Shown here piece by piece: positions 62,385-64,000 of a stretch of 64,000 nt of DNA (the first letter of the stretch is position 1; every line of letters begins with the position of its first letter). A model generated the notes under the pieces. That model was not told the origin of the DNA and did not search any database. It saw nothing but the letters and a program-made list of their open reading frames with translations. Source of the DNA: Marsupella aquatica (Eukaryota > Plantae > Marchantiophyta). The stretch covers positions 13,385,369-13,449,368 of the forward strand of contig OZ316896.1 in the NCBI GenBank assembly GCA_973895155.1, read 5' to 3'. The position numbers and the translations under genes are program-made.

Positions 62385-64000
62385 ATGGAACACAAAGAAT
62401 GTCCAGAAGGATGAAAAAAATGAGAATTTGTGTTTGACCGTATAGAAAAGGATGATGCAGCGAGGGTGTCGATTTCCATTTGCAGGTGAGGCCTATCATA
62501 TACACATTGTCCGATGAACAATTGCACATTGTTGAAATCCACTACGATTTCGTGCCAATGTCTCAACCCACCCACGACTTTAAAAAAGTGTGCCATTGAT
62601 TTCGTGGAGCAATATCAGCCGAAACTCTCGAGAAATGGATGGATTCAATTGCATAGACTTGCGCGTTCAAGAGCAAAAGGCCAAGGCCAGGGCACAGAGG
62701 AGCGCAAATTTGTGAAATTGGATGTGAGAATTCATGGCAGCAAGAGGTCAACGGAAGTATGTCCAACGCGCAAGCTGGTGCAAGCTTGCGCATTGCCTTT
62801 AGAGAGTAGACCCCTGAAATTTTGGGAGCAAAAGCACCACAGATGACCACGTGCCTCGCCGATAAAGTAACGCGTGTCCATGTCATATAGCGCAGGAAAC
62901 TATCCCGTCACCAGTGGGGTTGCGTTCTGACAAACCCCATTAAGCATATAGCGCATCCCAATAATAGCTGGGCCATTGCGCTGTATTAAAGGTGTAGCGT
63001 AAAGAAATCCCATCAGCGTTGGAGATGCTCTTACCACCACAAAAATTGTCTCGTGAGCTTGACCATGTCCATGTGTATGCATGCAATTGGGCTGTAGTTT
63101 CTTGTTGTAGTACTAATGCAATGTCCTAGTCAGGATTTGAAACAGTTATGGGTTTTGTTTTCAAATTATTTTAGAATTTTGTTAAGTTGGGACGCCATGT
63201 GCTTGGAGCGCCAGTGTTGCTTTCTCTTGTGGTTCTATGAAGGAGCATAGTCCTTTCATGGGTTTAGACAAGCATGATTATTTAGTAGGTTTGGGCAAAG
63301 GCAATGACAATTTTAGGCAGGCAAGAAGTCAGTAGGGTTTAGGGTAGAAGCAAATCTTTACCCCAAGTATAAACTAGCAAAGCCATGTGGGAAAGACTCT
63401 TTTCGGATGATTTTAGTATTTATGTTTAGGATGAGCCTTTTGGGATATGCCATATTAGTCTTGAAAGTGTGTATTACTAACAATAACCATACTATCCTTG
63501 GACCACAATAACCAGTAGGGAGTCAGAGGTTTAGGGTTTAAAGTTTATGGTTTGGAATCAGATGAATTGAGTTTAATTAAATTGGCAGTGTTTATTGCCA
63601 CAAGCATGTCATTAGCTGTAAATATTTCTGATCATGATTCAATATTGCTTAATATGAATGCAACGAGAATCAGGGCTATCGACTACTAACAATATCCAAT
63701 GAAAGGGAAAACACCAAAGAGGGAATCAGAATGACATGAACAAATATAAACCTCCTTTCAGTTGATGTGAAGGTGTAATGTACTAGTGTCTCATGTAAAA
63801 TAATGACTACATCCCCTTTCTTTCATATTGTCCAAAGACCACCCACACCCAACTCTTGCACTATAGAACTAGCTGGTCGAATGTTTATGGGGGACATTAA
63901 TATTCTCTGTCATTGAAATTGCATACATAAAAACCTTCAATTTGGAGGTAGTCCTAAGGCTTGGGAAGACCCTAGGCTCCACTTCATTCACCAATTCAAG

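Larger units (their letters stand above)
58324..63030. mobile_element. PIF/Harbinger superfamily (Pong-like) DNA transposon, full length 4707 bp
   Basis: Perfect 14-bp TIRs GAGCATCTCCAACG (58324-58337; reverse complement at 63017-63030) and a TTA target-site duplication (58321-58323, 63031-63033). It contains a DDE transposase and a Myb/SANT-like ORF. Confidence 0.95.

Noticed and set aside
63330-63555. Telomere-like TTTAGGG motifs
   Set aside because: Only one or two degenerate copies at a time; not an array.

Overview
Eukaryotic land-plant genomic DNA, not prokaryotic: spliceosomal GT-AG introns, plant gene families and plant transposons. A bryophyte or liverwort-like host is my inference only. 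Three intact genes are present: a 5-exon CREG-family gene (minus, 3774-6102), a single-exon 1011-aa membrane-anchored ARM-repeat protein (plus, 22780-25815) and a 5-exon CRIB-RhoGAP/RopGAP (minus, 29383-32330). There is also an intronless Yippee-like copy broken by a 71-bp tandem duplication. Mobile DNA includes a full-length Pong-like PIF/Harbinger element (58324-63030; 14-bp TIRs, TTA TSD, a nonsense-inactivated transposase and a possible third ORF), a decayed L1-type LINE, two tRNA-like SINE families, a solo LTR and many tandem repeats. The most unusual feature is a 4.45-kb insertion splitting the LINE (9161-13614). It consists of four related non-coding elements stacked head-to-tail, each junction a (GA)n tract. 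Three of them share a roughly 250-290-nt multi-hairpin motif whose stems differ in sequence but keep their pairing, with a conserved 18-nt loop and a candidate pseudoknot. This looks like a (GA)n-targeting mobile element family carrying a structured RNA or ssDNA that I cannot assign. All structure calls were made by eye and need computational confirmation.
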